The translations under genes were made by a program, and so were the position numbers. Positions 54,371-64,000 of a stretch of 64,000 nucleotides of DNA are shown piece by piece (position 1 is the stretch's first letter; each line of letters opens with the position of its first letter). Origin of the DNA: an uncultured Chloroflexia bacterium (GTDB lineage: Bacteria; Chloroflexota; Chloroflexia; Thermomicrobiales; UBA6265); NCBI GenBank assembly GCA_963724295.1, contig CAVRUC010000013.1:128001-192000 (forward strand), given 5' to 3'. The notes below the pieces were generated by a model. That model was not told where the DNA came from and made no database searches. It was given only the letters and a program-made list of their open reading frames with translations.

Positions 54371-55954
54371 ATGCACCGGTGGAAGTCTCGCATGATCGCT
54401 CCCGCTGATCGACCAAAGCGTGTCGCCATCTACTGCCGGGTCAGCAGCGCGGGGCAGCGCGAAAACTACAGCCTTGGTTCACAAGAAGACCTTTGCCGCC
54501 GGTATGCGGCGAGCCAGTCTTGGACTGTGGTGCACGTTGAGAGTGAACAGCACAATGGGTCCGATTTATACGACCGGGAAGGCCTGCAACGGGCGCTGAC
54601 TCTGATCGCAGACGGGGGCGCGGATGTGCTGCTCGCGCTGGCGACAGACCGGCTATCGCGTGAGCAGCTGCACATCGCCGTGATCCTCGATCGCGTGCTA
54701 CGCATGGGAGCATCGCTGCAGTTCGTCCATGAGGATTTTGAGAACAGCGAAGTCGGCAAATTCATTCTCTCGGCGCGGACTTTCGCCGCAGAGATGCACC
54801 TTGCGAAAATTCGGGAGGCGACCCAGCGAGGGCGGCGGGAACGCGTTGCGAGCGGCAAGCCCCTCGCTGGGAATCGACCTTCCTACGGTTACCGCTGGGC
54901 CGATCTTGGCAAGTCGCACCTCGAGCTAGAGCCGGTCAATGCCGCCGTCGTGCGCAGCATCTTCGACATGGCGCTCGAAGGCCGCCCCTTGCGAAGCATC
55001 GTCGCCAGCCTGTACGAGCGTCACATCCCCAGTCCTACTGGGAACCCGCGCTGGACACCGGCAGTGATTCGCGACCTTCTGATTCGCCCTGTCTATGCTG
55101 GACAAGCCGTAGGGTACGCGACACGCTCGGACCGGCAGCCCGGTGGGGGATACATTCGGCGACCAAGCAGCGGCGAGGAGCGGGTACCGCTGCCGGGGAT
55201 CGCGCCAGCCATCGTGACTCCGCATGAAGCGGCGACGGTGGCGCAGCGGTTGGCGACGAACAAGGCTCAAGCAACCCGCAATAACCGTAATCCTGAGGCG
55301 GCTCTCCTACGCGCCGGGTTCGTGAAGTGTGGCCACTGCGGCTGGGCAATGAGCGTCCGAAACTCTCCTGGGGGCGAATCGAACCGCTCCGCGTCCTACC
55401 GCTGCACGTCCCGCACACAACGAGGCCACGATTGCCCGCAGCCCCAGATTGCAACGAGCTTGCTGGACAATGCCGTGTGGGCGGAGGTAGCCGAAGTACT
55501 CCGCAATCCCCAGATTATCGCGCTTGAGGTCGCCCGACACCGGCAGGACGGGGGGCTAGAGCGTGCCCGTGCGGCGGTGGAAAAGCAGATAGCAAGTCTG
55601 GCTGACAAGCAGGCGCGCATCGCAAAGCGGGTAGCCGACATCGAGGACGATGCTGTGGCAGCCCCCCTGGTCGCGGAGCTGCGATCGCTTGCTGGTCGCA
55701 AGACGGCGGCTGAGCAGGAACTACTCTCAACGGAGCAGCGCATCGCCGATCGCACCGCTGAGGATGCAAGAGTACGGAGCCTCACCGCATGGTGTCAGCG
55801 TGTGGGTGCGAACCTGGACCGCCTCAACTACACCGAGCGGCGGCTAGCGCTGGAAGCTTTGGGGGTGCAGGTTCGAATTTACAGCAATCGGATTCCTGAT
55901 GAAAATGGAGATTCTTACTCCCGCTGGATCGTAACGCTTGGCTCAATGGAGTGA
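54371..55954 (+). CDS. Large serine recombinase (resolvase, recombinase, Zn-ribbon and coiled-coil domains)
   Basis: AIYCRVSSAGQ (catalytic Ser), DRLSR, SYGYR, LLRAGFVKCGHCG, YRC..C, long C-terminal coiled coil. Confidence 0.93.
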   Translation: MHRWKSRMIAPADRPKRVAIYCRVSSAGQRENYSLGSQEDLCRRYAASQSWTVVHVESEQHNGSDLYDREGLQRALTLIADGGADVLLALATDRLSREQLHIAVILDRVLRMGASLQFVHEDFENSEVGKFILSARTFAAEMHLAKIREATQRGRRERVASGKPLAGNRPSYGYRWADLGKSHLELEPVNAAVVRSIFDMALEGRPLRSIVASLYERHIPSPTGNPRWTPAVIRDLLIRPVYAGQAVGYATRSDRQPGGGYIRRPSSGEERVPLPGIAPAIVTPHEAATVAQRLATNKAQATRNNRNPEAALLRAGFVKCGHCGWAMSVRNSPGGESNRSASYRCTSRTQRGHDCPQPQIATSLLDNAVWAEVAEVLRNPQIIALEVARHRQDGGLERARAAVEKQIASLADKQARIAKRVADIEDDAVAAPLVAELRSLAGRKTAAEQELLSTEQRIADRTAEDARVRSLTAWCQRVGANLDRLNYTERRLALEALGVQVRIYSNRIPDENGDSYSRWIVTLGSME

Positions 55955-57258
55955 TCCAACTCGCCATCATCGCCGACGACCTGACCGGCGCCGCCGACAC
56001 CGGGGCCTGTTTTGCCAGTCAGGGATTTACCACGGTCATCCCTCTCTCAGGCACCGGGATTCCGGACGCAGACATTGTTGTGCTCTCCACGGACAGCCGT
56101 GACATGAGCCCCAGCGACGCGGCTCAGGCTGTGAATGCCGCTCTGGCAAGAGTGATTTCCAAGAGTCGCGGCGGCTCCGAACGGGGATCGGACGTAAATT
56201 GTGTTTTGTTCTACAAGAAGATCGACTCCGCGCTTCGCGGTCACCCTCGAGACGAACTGTTCGCGGCGATGGAAGCGATCGGCGCCAGACGCGCGGTCGT
56301 TGCACCCGCATTTCCCGCCGAAGGGCGAACGACGATCGGTGGCCGGCAGCATATCGATGGGGTCCCTGTGGAATCGAGCGGAATTGGTGGAGCCGGCGCC
56401 GTCTCCGACCTGTTATCCCTCTTCGCGAGAGACCAGGGCGCGCCCGTTCGTCTCCTCGATCTGGCAACGCTTCGCGGCCGGCCAGACGCCCTCCGGCGTC
56501 TCCTGCACGACGACCCCGACGGGATCGTGGTCGCCGACGCCGAGACGGACGACGATCTGTTGACGCTTGGCCGCGCGGTGGCCGGTGGGCAGTTGCCTCT
56601 TTTTTGCGGCTCGGCCGGATTTGCCCGTCAGCTGGCCCGTGCGCTGCCGCTGACCCGCAACACGCGTCCGCGATCGGAGGTGGTGCGCGAATCCGGGCCG
56701 ATCCTGATCGTCGCCGGCAGTCAGCATGAGGCGACCGCGCGACAGATCCAGGTGTTGCGTGAGTCGGGTGTGCCAGTCGTCCGCCCGGGGCAGAACTTGA
56801 TCGACGACCCGGCAACACCGGTCGACGCCGCCGTCGTTCAGGTCGCCACGCACCTCGCCGCCGGTCGCTCGATGGTGCTGACCACCCTGGGATTGACTCC
56901 GTGCCCTCTGGGAGGACACGCCGTCGCCGCCCGCCTGGCTCAGATCGTCGCCGCCCCGGAGGTAAGCAGTCAGGTAGCAGGGCTGGCGCTGACTGGCGGC
57001 GATATTGCGGCGGCGGTCATTACGGCGCTGGGCGCGAAGGCACTCTGGCTCGAAGGTGAGATTACCCCAGGCTTACCGCGAGGGGTGCTCGAGGGAGGTC
57101 GCCTCCATGGCAGGCGTATCGCAACCAAGGCGGGGAGCTTTGGCGACGACAACGCCCTGCTCTCCTGCATCGACCACCTCGCGGGCGAGGCAATGCCCGG
57201 GCAAGGGCACCAGATTCGCGTCACGGAAGACTGTGATTGCGAACGCCTGAAGTGTTGA
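55951..57258 (+). CDS. Four-carbon acid sugar kinase family protein (DUF1537)
   Basis: IIADDLTGAADTG, STDSR, YKKIDSALRG, PAFPAEGRT, GSAG, LTGGDIA, TKAGSFG. Confidence 0.92.
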   Translation: MIQLAIIADDLTGAADTGACFASQGFTTVIPLSGTGIPDADIVVLSTDSRDMSPSDAAQAVNAALARVISKSRGGSERGSDVNCVLFYKKIDSALRGHPRDELFAAMEAIGARRAVVAPAFPAEGRTTIGGRQHIDGVPVESSGIGGAGAVSDLLSLFARDQGAPVRLLDLATLRGRPDALRRLLHDDPDGIVVADAETDDDLLTLGRAVAGGQLPLFCGSAGFARQLARALPLTRNTRPRSEVVRESGPILIVAGSQHEATARQIQVLRESGVPVVRPGQNLIDDPATPVDAAVVQVATHLAAGRSMVLTTLGLTPCPLGGHAVAARLAQIVAAPEVSSQVAGLALTGGDIAAAVITALGAKALWLEGEITPGLPRGVLEGGRLHGRRIATKAGSFGDDNALLSCIDHLAGEAMPGQGHQIRVTEDCDCERLKC

Positions 57259-57687
57259 GGTCATAGGCGGTCCGATATGTCGCGCATTGTCTCGAAAGGG
57301 TCTTGCCAAAACCGCATCTGACCACTAGGATCGTAGGCAGATGGGCGGGACGAATGAGTGATCGTCCTGCATTCCGTGAGAGGGTGCGGACCGCAGCCGC
57401 GCTTTCCGATACAACCTGGAAAGGGCATGGTGACAATGCGCGCGCCGATCCGCCCCGAGGATCGTACCCCGCCAGTCAGCCGCGTTATCGCCGAGGCGCT
57501 CGTGCGCCGGCAAGGACCGAGCCGCATCGTTACCCGTGCCACGCGTCTTGGGCTTTCTCCCGTGCTAACCCGCGCTGTCGTCGTCGCCTGCGCTGCCTCC
57601 GCGCTCGATAGCGACGGGATCGTGGCCAGGCAGCGTTCGGCAGAGTAAAGCCAACGCTCAACACGACAATCACTGCGCAACATCCCG

Positions 57688-57717
57688 TTGACGTGGTCGC
57701 AAGTCCGGTGCTATAGT
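57688..57717 (+). promoter_or_regulatory. Housekeeping sigma70-type promoter of rpsP operon
   Basis: TTGACG-N18-TATAGT with TG extended -10. Confidence 0.5.
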
Positions 57718-57886
57718 CGGGCGTTCTTTTCGCTCTGGCGTTGGAACAACTGGGCATATTTACCATGCCCGCGGTCGCTCGTGAGAACTGGCATCCTTTG
57801 CTGGTACACACGTCGATAGTCGCGCGACCGCGTGACGAACTGCCTGCGGTTGCGGGTGAACGTGAGTGAAGAGGGAGTAATTCCGC

Positions 57887-58141
57887 GTGGTGAAACTTCG
57901 TCTGCGGCGAATGGGCGCCAAGAAACGGCCCAGCTACCGCATCGTCGCCGCCGACAGCCGCTCGCCTCGTGATGGGGCCTTTATCGAGTCTGTCGGTTTC
58001 TACGATCCCATCACCGACCCGGCCACGATCAACGTCAATCTCGATCGGGCGCGGCATTGGATCGACAACGGGGCCCAGCCGACCGACACGGTGCGCTCGA
58101 TTCTGAAGCGGGCCGGTGTTTATGCTGAGGCGGCCGAGTAG
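57887..58141 (+). CDS. rpsP: 30S ribosomal protein S16
   Basis: [43 protein letters not shown]. Confidence 0.99.
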   Translation: MVKLRLRRMGAKKRPSYRIVAADSRSPRDGAFIESVGFYDPITDPATINVNLDRARHWIDNGAQPTDTVRSILKRAGVYAEAAE

Positions 58142-58293
58142 CACAGAGGCAGACCGGGGCCGTCGCTCGGCGACGCCGCGACTGATCGGTCCCTGAAGAG
58201 CAAGATGCGAGAGGCGGCCTCGATCGGTCGCCTCTCGTCACATCGGCCCTGGCACGAAGAGCGGCGTATTCGGCTATCCCAGGAGCAGCGAGC

Positions 58294-58686
58294 ATGCGTG
58301 TCGACAATAACGATGGTGATCCCAGCCTGGAACCTCTCATTGATCCGACATCCGCAGCGGGATATGACGACGACTATGAAGAGGAAAATGAGGGCGAAGC
58401 CGAGTATGAGGAAGATGCCGCCCTTTACGCCCCCACGACGGATGCCGCCGAGCGTCTCCGTGGGCTCGTCACCTATCTCGCCACGAACCTTGTCGATGAC
58501 CCGGAGAGTGTCGAGGTGGAGGCCCGCCAACGCGGTGGTAGCGTCTTCATCAGCCTGCGAGTTCCGGAAGAGGAGCTGGGGAAAGTCATCGGCCGCGGCG
58601 GCCGCATCGCTCGCGCCATGCGCACAGCCCTCATGATCGCCGGATCTCGGAACAACGTCCGTGCCTCGCTCGACATCGAAGACTGA
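58294..58686 (+). CDS. khpA: KH domain RNA-binding protein with acidic N-terminal extension
   Basis: LVDDPESV..LGKVIGRGGRIARAMRT; between rpsP and rimM. Confidence 0.93.
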   Translation: MRVDNNDGDPSLEPLIDPTSAAGYDDDYEEENEGEAEYEEDAALYAPTTDAAERLRGLVTYLATNLVDDPESVEVEARQRGGSVFISLRVPEEELGKVIGRGGRIARAMRTALMIAGSRNNVRASLDIED

Positions 58687-59392
58687 GCGTCCTCAGCGGC
58701 GCCGCACCCAACCCCAACCACCGCCGCCGGACGTGAACGGCCCGGTCATCCCGATTCCTCAACTCGACGCCAGTGGCCCACAACCTACCTCGCGACCTCG
58801 CCAGCGGCAACGATCTCCTGACTCCCGGCAGCGGACCCCGCCGCGTCTCTCCGAGACGGCCGGTCCAGACCCTGGCGCCCCGCCCGATCAGGTCCGCCTG
58901 ATCATCGGCACGATTCTCGCCCCACATGGGGTGCGCGGAGAGTTCAAGGTCCGCTTACAGACCGATGATCCGGCGCATCTGCTGACGATCAAGCGCCTCT
59001 ATCTCGGCGATGAGGCGACTCCGCGCACGGTGCTCGGCGCGCGGCTGCATGCCGGCAACGCGCTGATCCGGCTGCAGGGCATTTCGACTCCCGAGACCGT
59101 CGAGCGGTTCCGCGGCACGCCTTTGCGGATCCGCGGCACCGATGCCCGCCCCCTGGCCGCGAACGAGTACTTTCTTTATCAGATCATCGGCCTCGAGGTC
59201 TACGATGAGAGCGGGAACCGGCTCGGCCAGGTTACTGACCTCATGGAGACCGGAGCCAACCATGTGCTCATCGTCGCACCGGATGACGGCGGCGCAGACA
59301 TCCTGCTCCCCAGCCACCCGGACGTGATCATTGCCATGGATCCCGCGGCCGGACGCATCGTGGTGCGCCCGCTCACCTATTACGGCGAGTAG
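58661..59392 (+). CDS. rimM: Ribosome maturation factor RimM (start uncertain)
   Basis: IGTILAPHGVRGEFKV, EYFLYQIIGLEV, ETGANHV, ILLP. Confidence 0.95.
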   Translation: MPRSTSKTERPQRRRTQPQPPPPDVNGPVIPIPQLDASGPQPTSRPRQRQRSPDSRQRTPPRLSETAGPDPGAPPDQVRLIIGTILAPHGVRGEFKVRLQTDDPAHLLTIKRLYLGDEATPRTVLGARLHAGNALIRLQGISTPETVERFRGTPLRIRGTDARPLAANEYFLYQIIGLEVYDESGNRLGQVTDLMETGANHVLIVAPDDGGADILLPSHPDVIIAMDPAAGRIVVRPLTYYGE

Positions 59393-59430
59393 CGAGAAGC
59401 TTCTCGCGAGAAAGGGAGCGCGGGTCCGCC

Positions 59431-59904
59431 ATGGTCCTCGACGTCGCGCTCGAGCCTGCCGATAGTGCGAGCGGTGGCAGGTGTACCTTCTGCGCCATCG
59501 TCCGTGGCGAGGCGCCTGCCGAGATCGTCCTCGACGATCCAGCGGGCATCGCCTTCCTCGATCGACGGCCGCTCCTGCCCGGTCACGTGCTGCTCGTGCC
59601 CCGGCAGCATGTCGCGACCCTTCCCGATCTGCCCGTCGCCGATGTGGGACCACTCTTCGCCCTCGCGCGATGTCTGACACGCGCCGTGCCTCAGGCCACT
59701 GGCAGCGACGGCTCATTCATGGCGATCAACAATGTCGTCAGCCAGAGCGTGCCACACCTTCATCTCCATATCGTGCCGCGTCGCCATGACGATCGCCTCT
59801 TCAGCCGCAACCTTGCCTGGACGCGCCACCCATACCGTGACGCCGATCACATGCATCAGGTCGCGGCGGCGATCCGCGCCGCCCTGGGCGACGAGCCGCT
59901 CTAG
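59431..59904 (+). CDS. HIT family hydrolase
   Basis: CTFCAIV, PGHVLLVP, QSVPHLHLHIVPR. Confidence 0.95.
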   Translation: MVLDVALEPADSASGGRCTFCAIVRGEAPAEIVLDDPAGIAFLDRRPLLPGHVLLVPRQHVATLPDLPVADVGPLFALARCLTRAVPQATGSDGSFMAINNVVSQSVPHLHLHIVPRRHDDRLFSRNLAWTRHPYRDADHMHQVAAAIRAALGDEPL

Positions 59905-59907
59905 CGA

Positions 59908-60723
59908 TCAATCCACGCCAATCCGCGCGATCGTCCGCAGCACCAGATCGGCCGCCCGCCGCCCAATCTCCGCGGCAGGAAGGACGCTGATGTCTCCTTC
60001 GAGGTCGGTGAGAGCGTGGAACTCGTTATTGGAGATGTCCTTAACCGTCATGAAGGGCACGCCGTGTCGCCCGCAGACCTGAGCGATAGCCGCGGCCTCC
60101 ATGTCTTCGCAGAGGGAGCCGTGACGGGCATGGAGGCTGTCGATGCGCTCGTGGAACTGCGTCCAGATGTCGGCCGAGGCGACCCGCCCGACGTGCGTCC
60201 GCGGCGGGCGCTGTTCGATCTCCGGTGGCAGGTTGAGGCCTTGCGGCCATGGCTCGGGTGTCCATCCCTCCGCCGCGGCGATGGCGAGATCGCGTAACCC
60301 GGGGTCAGTCGCGAGCTCGGTCGAGGCGACGACCTCGCCAGTCACCTCATAGTCCTTACCGGGAAAGAACTCTTCGCCACTGGCCAGGATGTGGACCGCG
60401 CCGTGGTGAATGGTGCCGTCACCGATGATCACGTCGCCGGGCAGGATGTCGCGACGGTGCGCCCCCGCGCAGCCAAAGTTGAGGATGGCGCGGGGTGCGT
60501 AGCGCCCGATGAGGTGCTCGGTCCCGGCCGCGGCGTTGACCATCCCGATGCCGCAGCATAACGCGATCAGCGGCACGTTCCCCGCGCTCACGAAGCGGTC
60601 GAGCCAGGGACCATCCCGTATCTCGCGCGCGGGCGTCACTCGATGCAACAGGTGCTGCAGCTCCGATTCCATCGCCACCACAACGCCGATCGGCGAGGCG
60701 TCTGGTGTCGCATTCACCGCCAT
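59908..60723 (-). CDS. mtnN: 5'-methylthioadenosine/S-adenosylhomocysteine nucleosidase
   Basis: IGVVVAMESE, GIGMVNAA, NFGCAGA, GDVII, EDMEAAAIAQVC, KDISN. Confidence 0.85.
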   Translation of the reverse strand: MAVNATPDASPIGVVVAMESELQHLLHRVTPAREIRDGPWLDRFVSAGNVPLIALCCGIGMVNAAAGTEHLIGRYAPRAILNFGCAGAHRRDILPGDVIIGDGTIHHGAVHILASGEEFFPGKDYEVTGEVVASTELATDPGLRDLAIAAAEGWTPEPWPQGLNLPPEIEQRPPRTHVGRVASADIWTQFHERIDSLHARHGSLCEDMEAAAIAQVCGRHGVPFMTVKDISNNEFHALTDLEGDISVLPAAEIGRRAADLVLRTIARIGVD

Positions 60724-60747
60724 GGTGTTCCTCCGCACTTTTCAGGT

Positions 60748-61170
60748 CTACCGATTGAGCGCCAGTGCCACACTTGCGCCGAGAATGGCCAGCACGATCA
60801 GGCAGAGCAGCGCGTAGCGCCGATCGCCCAGTCGCCAGAAGGTGGCGGCCACGACGATCACGGTCGCCACCGGAGTCAGCATGAACCAGAGGATGGCGAG
60901 GTCGATGATGCCAGAGGCATACCCGGCGCGGACCGTTGCCACAACGTCTGAAATTGGGTCGGCTTCACGCCCGAGCGGCTCGCGCTTGACCAGCGCCACG
61001 ACGATACCCAGCGCCAAAAGCGCCGCCCCAAGGCGAAATCCCCAGAACAACGTCTTCACCGCCGCGTCGTAGAGCGGTGCCAGCCGCTCGGTGCGGGCCG
61101 CTAGTTCGGACGTGCCCGGCGCCACGCCTCGCGCGCGCTCTGATTCGCCGGTCACGTGTTCGTCGCTCAT
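60748..61170 (-). CDS. DUF1634-like membrane protein
   Basis: Three TM helices with LTPVATV; coupled to the TauE gene. Confidence 0.7.
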   Translation of the reverse strand: MSDEHVTGESERARGVAPGTSELAARTERLAPLYDAAVKTLFWGFRLGAALLALGIVVALVKREPLGREADPISDVVATVRAGYASGIIDLAILWFMLTPVATVIVVAATFWRLGDRRYALLCLIVLAILGASVALALNR

Positions 61171-62015
61171 GACTGTCCTGGCATCTCGATGCCGAAGGCA
61201 CGGAGCAGGAGCGAAAGCCCGAGGTAGAGCAGGATGATCGCGAAGAGGAGGGCAAGTCGTTGCGCCTTGATGCGACGGGTCAGGCGCGACCCGATCTGCC
61301 CTCCTAGGAAGACGCCAATGATCGCCGGGACGACGAGCGTCGGGTCGATATACCCTCGCGAGTAGAAGACGAACGCGGTGGCGACCGAGGTCATACCGAC
61401 CATGAAGGTCGAAGTTCCGACGGCCGCCTTCACGGGGACACGCATGAGCAGGTTCATCGCCGGCACCATCACCACGCCGCCACCGACGCCGAGCATCCCG
61501 GAGATCACGCCCGCTCCGACCCCAACACCCATCCCCCATCCCACATTGATGGGAATGTAGCCGACCTCCTGCCTGATGGCCGGATCGCGGAATGCCGCTC
61601 CCAGCCGGAGCGTGTCGGGGGCGCCAGGGGGCGGAGCGGTCACCTGGCGCTCGCTTCGGACGACCATCGAGACCGCGGCGTAGACCAGGACCGCGCCGAA
61701 GACCATGTAGATGACCCGCGGGTCAGCGAGCACGCCGTAGAGCGCACCGGCGATAGCGCCGGTCGCCGTGGCAATCTGGAGCAGCATCGCCAGCCGGGGA
61801 TTCGTGAAGCGGATGCGCAGGTGGTTGGTCGACCCGACCACCGAGTTGGTCACCACCACGACCGCGCTGGCGCCAACCGCGAACTTGGGGTCGATCCCGA
61901 AAAAGAGAGTCAGGATCGGGACGAGAAAAACGCCTCCGCCCAACCCGAGCATCGAACCGAGAATGGCGGCGACTGCCGCCACCGCACCGATCTCGAGTGA
62001 GTAGACGATATCCAA
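61167..62015 (-). CDS. Sulfite exporter TauE/SafE family protein
   Basis: GSMLGLGGGVFLVP and SGMLGVGGGVVMVP repeats; AVGTS. Confidence 0.92.
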   Translation of the reverse strand: MDIVYSLEIGAVAAVAAILGSMLGLGGGVFLVPILTLFFGIDPKFAVGASAVVVVTNSVVGSTNHLRIRFTNPRLAMLLQIATATGAIAGALYGVLADPRVIYMVFGAVLVYAAVSMVVRSERQVTAPPPGAPDTLRLGAAFRDPAIRQEVGYIPINVGWGMGVGVGAGVISGMLGVGGGVVMVPAMNLLMRVPVKAAVGTSTFMVGMTSVATAFVFYSRGYIDPTLVVPAIIGVFLGGQIGSRLTRRIKAQRLALLFAIILLYLGLSLLLRAFGIEMPGQS

Positions 62016-62060
62016 TCCGGCCTCCCGGACGGCAGCCGCCCGGCGCCGAATCCCTGTACC

Positions 62061-62316
62061 TTATAGCATCGGTCCGGTCGGCGGTTCAGTCTGGTCGCGG
62101 CGAGAGATCGTGTGCCAACCCCGCTTGCCGCAATTGGAGCACCGGCCCCAGGTCAGCTTGCTTCCCGCCGCCTTCCAGCGGATGCCGCCCAACTCCCAGA
62201 TCGATCGTTCGAAGCCGCAGGATCGGCAGCACACCATCCACGCGCGACTCAGCCTCCATCGAGGTGACCAAGGAGCGCGGAGCGAGTTTGGTGATCAGTC
62301 GCTGAGTCCTGCTCAA
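62061..62316 (-). CDS. Small Zn-ribbon-like protein (CxxC...CxxC), split by a 2-nt indel; not in ORF track
   Basis: MSRTQRLITKLAPRSLVTSMEAESR / (A)WMVCCRSCGFERSIWELGGIRWKAAGSKLTWGRCSNCGKRGWHTISRR..ML TAA; break at the CGCGCG run near 62241-62246. Confidence 0.65.
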
Positions 62317-62582
62317 ACCCACGCGGTCACTCACTTCATGCTCTGTTGACGAGACGGACAACGAGGTCAGGCGAGACGGATGTGTTCGATTGTAGCGCTC
62401 GAGCGTTCTCCGCTGGATCGGCCACGGTCGCGCGAAGGACGAAGACACGCCATTCGACGGACATGGCTCGCTAGCACTCCTGGCACGCACGAAGCGGGCG
62501 AACTGGACGCGTTCTTCGCGCCGGTGCGACACTCGTCTCGCGCCGGCCACTCGGTCCGCGCGATGAAAGCCAAAGAGCGTTC

Positions 62583-62722
62583 AAGCGGTGGGAGTGCCCC
62601 GACGCGGTCTGGCGACGGGGCCACTTGGGGGAAGCCGGTGCAAAACCGGCACTGTCCCGCAACTGTGACGCTGTCCGGAGTCCCTCTGGCGGCGAAGTCA
62701 GATCACCCAACTCGCCGTGTCC
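62583..62722 (+). ncRNA. Cobalamin riboswitch
   Basis: GGGAAGCCGGTGCAAAACCGGCACTGTCCCGCAACTGTGA core and AAGTCAGATCACC B12-box-like 3' part. Confidence 0.92.
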
Positions 62723-62755
62723 GACGCCCTTCGCGAGAAAGGGAAAGGACGTTCC

Positions 62756-63878
62756 ATGGTGCGCTTGCCGCGCGCGAACCTCTGTAGCACCGAGAACCGG
62801 CACATTTCATTTTCGGGATGGTGCGGGCGCACGCGACTCCTCCTCCTGGTCCTTGCCGTATTGCTTGCCGCAAGCGTCGCGACCCTATTTGAGATAGGGT
62901 CGACAGCGCAGGAGGCCACGCCGGGTGCTCTCTCCGAGAGCACCGCGATCTCGCCCGTGGAAGCGGCATCCGCCTGGCTGCGCGAGCAGCAGGACGCGTC
63001 CGGGGGGTTTCTCGGATTCTCCGGCGAACCCGATCCCGGCACGACCACCGACGCTGTACTGGCCCTCTACGCCGCCCAACAACGCGACCCCGCCGCGGCA
63101 GCGTCGCTCGACACCGCGCTGGAATACCTCGCGCGCGAGGAGAACGGAGCAGCCTACGCGCGGACCGGTCCCGGACAGGCGGCAAAGCTGGCCTTAGCCG
63201 CGGTGACCGGAGGACGAGATCCGCGTGATTTCGCCGGCCTCGATCTCGTCGCGGCGATGACGGCGCCGCTGGCCACCCCGGTTCCCGACGCCATTGCCGG
63301 CATCTACGGCGACGATCTCTACGACCACGTGCTCGTCCTGATCGCGCTCATCGCTGCCGGCGAAACGATCCCCGAAGAGGCGTGGCAGCCGGTCCGGGTC
63401 GCCCAGGGTGAGGATGGTGGTTGGGCGTTTGACGGCTCGACCGCTCCCGGCTGCGGCTGACTCGAACACGACCGCGCTCGCCATCCAGGCGCTCGTTGCG
63501 GGAGGTTACGGCGACGACCCGATGGTCGATCGCGCGCTGGCATTCCTGTCCTCGCTGCAGGCGCCCGACGGCGGCTTTGCCTATGGTCCGGCCGATCCTC
63601 TCGTCGCCGACGCCAATTCGACCGCGCTCGTGCTGCAGGCATTGCTCGCCGCCGGGCAGGATCCCGCCTCGCCGGAGTGGGGGAACGCGCCGCTGGCCCT
63701 GGCACTGTTCCAGACCCCATCTGGTGGATTGCGCTACATGGCGGCGGATGAGGAGCCGAACCTGCTGGCGACGGTCCAGGCGATCCCGGCGATGGAGGGA
63801 CTGTCGCTGCCGGTGGTTCAGGCATGCGCAGAGGGCGATGGCGCCGGCGGCTGTGCCCAACTCGAACCGGCGGCATGA
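62756..63878 (+). CDS. Secreted prenyltransferase/squalene-oxidase-repeat (alpha/alpha barrel) protein, B12-regulated; one indel near 63450
   Basis: Signal peptide; WLREQQDASGGF, AQGEDGGWAF, DSNTTALAIQAL, LQAPDGGFAY, DANSTA, FQTPSGG repeats. Confidence 0.8.
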
Positions 63879-64000
63879 CCTTGCCCGGGCACATCGTTCG
63901 CCTCTGGGTGCTGGTCTCCCTGGCGGCCCTGCTGGCCGGGGTACTGCTCGCACCAACGCCGACTCTTGCCGGCGAGCTCCGTCACGCCGGGGTGGTCGTG
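63875..64000 (+). CDS. Secreted protein, partial (next gene of the B12 operon)
   Basis: ATGA overlap; signal peptide then HAGVVV; truncated by the window edge. Confidence 0.55.
   Translation, partial: MTLPGHIVRLWVLVSLAALLAGVLLAPTPTLAGELRHAGVVV

Noticed and set aside
4200..63460. Many frameshifts read as programmed frameshifting, phase variation or mass pseudogenisation
   Set aside because: They are 1-2 nt indels spread over unrelated genes (manC, manA, the B12 gene, phytase), often at G/C runs, with conserved motifs intact on both sides. Long-read consensus error is the simplest explanation.

Overview
High-GC bacterial DNA. Protein style suggests Chloroflexota/Thermomicrobiales; this is an inference, not proven. 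Scattered 1-2 nt indels look like long-read assembly errors. Positions 1-~52 kb form an accessory cell-surface island containing: two giant tandem Ig-repeat proteins (~3800 and ~2670 aa after frameshift repair); three further secreted DNRLRE/CBM96-domain enzymes (metallophosphoesterase, beta-propeller phytase, beta-helix); glycan synthesis genes (GT2, Wzx-like flippase, polytopic GT-C/polymerase-like protein, manC/manA/manB); and a RiPP-like operon. That operon comprises a Gly/Asn/Pro-repeat precursor with a twin-Arg plus YxxPxL leader, an HprK-related kinase, a PqqD/RRE protein and a nucleotidyltransferase, with no lasso cyclase or peptidase. One 16-bp near-palindromic box (TRGCTCA-WW-TGRGGGA-like) precedes a -10-like hexamer at a fixed 22 nt (once 23 nt) in 14 places across the island, which indicates an apparent activator regulon. 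A large serine recombinase marks the boundary to housekeeping genes: sugar-acid kinase, rpsP-khpA-rimM, HIT, MTA/SAH nucleosidase, TauE, and a cobalamin riboswitch-controlled operon.
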